This document shows, piece by piece, positions 62,430 to 64,000 of a DNA stretch of 64,000 bases. The position numbers were made by a program, and so were the translations under genes. The notes beneath the pieces are model-generated. The model did not search any database. It was given only the letters and a program-made list of their open reading frames with translations, and was not told the origin of the DNA. This stretch comes from an uncultured cyanobacterium (lineage in GTDB: Bacteria > Cyanobacteriota > Cyanobacteriia > Cyanobacteriales > Nostocaceae): the NCBI GenBank assembly GCA_963740315.1, contig CAVUDP010000001.1, positions 320,001 to 384,000 of the forward strand, given 5' to 3'. The first letter of the stretch is position 1. The number at the start of each line of letters is the position of its first letter.

Positions 62430-62915
62430 TCAATTGCCTGTTAATAGGCGTACATCAGCACAGTTTACATCTTTAACTAGTTCTTTAATTACACGTCCGG
62501 TAACTGGCTCTACCCAATTTGGAGCAATTTCTGCTAAAGGTACTAGCACGAAAGCCCGCTGTATCATTCGCGGATGGGGAATTTGTAGAGTTGGGGTATG
62601 TAATATTAAGTCATCGTATAGTAACAAATCCAAATCTAAGGTACGCGCTCCCCAACGTTCTGTTCGTTCGCGTCCAAATTGATTTTCTATTTCCAGTAAA
62701 GTTTCTAATAGCTTCAGGGGTTGCATATCTACATATACGCTGATACAACCGTTTATATAATCTGGTTGTGGCGGACCTACAGCTTTGGTTTTATACCAAC
62801 TCGATCGCGATCGCGCTTTAATACCCGGCACTTTATGTAGAGTTTTTACGGCTGCTTCTAAAATTGCCCGTGAATCCCCTATATTACTACCAAAGGCAAT
62901 AGCGCTATCATGCAA
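62430..62915 (-). CDS. folK: 2-amino-4-hydroxy-6-hydroxymethyldihydropteridine diphosphokinase
   Basis: GSNIGD, RWGARTLDLDLL, IPHPRMIQRAFVLVPL. Confidence 0.96.
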   Translation of the reverse strand: MHDSAIAFGSNIGDSRAILEAAVKTLHKVPGIKARSRSSWYKTKAVGPPQPDYINGCISVYVDMQPLKLLETLLEIENQFGRERTERWGARTLDLDLLLYDDLILHTPTLQIPHPRMIQRAFVLVPLAEIAPNWVEPVTGRVIKELVKDVNCADVRLLTGN

Positions 62916-63151
62916 GCTATATATCTCCTAAAGTACGAACAAATATCGAGTCTTGTGATAAGTTAGTTAATATTACTAGTTAATTGTATTGTTTAATACA
63001 TATTTGTGCAACAAAAATATAAAGAAAAGCTGGCAAAAGAGCGAATCTATTTAAATATTTATAGGATATTATACTAACACGAGTATGGGGCAACAATCTG
63101 AAACGCTTTTCGTGGTGGTTAGGCTGCAATTAGTCGAAGCGAGGAACTGAC

Positions 63152-64000
63152 GTGGCGAAGTTTACCTCTTGGTTCAAGCAAAGAGCAAATAGCTTGAGTA
63201 ACGGACTTAAGAATAAAGATTCAAAATCCGATAACGTTGATAATAACTCAGAATCGATGACAAAAGAAGCGTCCCCAACAGAGTTAGTAGGGGCAGGGCG
63301 CGATCGCGAAGATTCGCAAGATTCACAGTTAATTGCTAAAAAATTGTCGCCTCCTCCTCATTGGGTTGATGAGCGCGATTCGGAATCAACCGAAGAATCA
63401 CCACCAACAACTATAGGAGGAAAGGCAAAGCAATTTTTAGGAAAAACAAAGAGTTTTTTGGGTGAAGCGAAACAAGTTTCAGTCAAGGTGCTTGACAAAC
63501 TTCCCGGTAAGGGAAAACCGCTTTATCGTCGCTACTGGTTTTGGACGACAATAGGTGTTAGCAGTGGGATAATGGCTGTTAGCTATGGCGTATGGTCGAT
63601 AGATAAAACTTTACCTTCTCGCGACCAATTAAACGCTGCTTCCAGAGAGCGAACTTTAACCATTAAAGCGGGCAACGGTACGATTTTATATCAGCAAGGG
63701 GAAGCGACAAGAGAAAAGCTGAAGATAAATCAGATACCCGATCGCCTACAACAAGCATTTATCGCTTCCGAAGATCAAAATTTTGCCAAGCATGGCGGCA
63801 TCGACATTAAAGGTATTTTGCGGGCTGCTACAAGTAACTTGCGATCGCAAGACGTGGTGCAAGGTGGAAGTACGATCACGCAACAGTTAGCGCGAATTCT
63901 GTTTCTAAATCGCAATAAAACTGTAACGCGCAAATTACAAGAAGTCCGTTTGGCGCAAAAATTAGAAGACGAATTAACTAAAAACGAGATTTTAGAACGG
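63152..64000 (+). CDS. Class A penicillin-binding protein (transglycosylase domain), runs off the window
   Basis: GTG after GAGGA; open frame with TM segment, EDQNFAKHGGID and QGGSTITQQLAR. Confidence 0.92.
   Translation, partial: MAKFTSWFKQRANSLSNGLKNKDSKSDNVDNNSESMTKEASPTELVGAGRDREDSQDSQLIAKKLSPPPHWVDERDSESTEESPPTTIGGKAKQFLGKTKSFLGEAKQVSVKVLDKLPGKGKPLYRRYWFWTTIGVSSGIMAVSYGVWSIDKTLPSRDQLNAASRERTLTIKAGNGTILYQQGEATREKLKINQIPDRLQQAFIASEDQNFAKHGGIDIKGILRAATSNLRSQDVVQGGSTITQQLARILFLNRNKTVTRKLQEVRLAQKLEDELTKNEILER

Larger units (their letters stand above)
1223..63848. repeat. HIP1 octamer GCGATCGC dispersed across the window
   Basis: Many copies, e.g. 1223-1230, 5546-5553, 31888-31895, 33546-33553, overlapping tandem at 60993-61006. 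Confidence 0.95.

Overview
Chromosomal window from a filamentous cyanobacterium, probably heterocyst-forming (Nostocales). This is inferred from dense HIP1 (GCGATCGC) sites, heptamer tandem repeats, GTAG-type palindromic repeats, chlH, a cytochrome c6 and a SusA-type sucrose synthase. Most genes are housekeeping (MscS channels, pepP, ftsH, chlH, ddl, mrdA, potA/D/B, susA, Prx5-Grx, murF, folK, class A PBP). The strongest candidate for an undescribed system is a ~700-nt non-coding leader (5078-5770) upstream of a slipin (SPFH) gene. It holds two tandem atypical CAT-anticodon tRNA-like genes, a free-standing tRNA-Asp-type anticodon stem-loop, a D-armless tRNA-like fold and further anticodon-like hairpins, with no rtcB or Ro gene in the window. 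Other notable items: a cytochrome c6 with a lipoprotein-like signal and long linker; an island between chlH and ddl with a Nif11-like ORF, a solo DGQHR/DndB-like gene and an antitoxin-rich cluster bounded by ~500-bp direct repeats; a pentapeptide-NuiA fusion; a candidate sRNA locus at 36.5-36.9 kb; nested tiny mobile repeats with target-site duplications; and paired NtcA/DIF1 and FurC-like regulatory motifs. All calls come from reading the sequence and recalled motifs; no database searches or folding programs were run.
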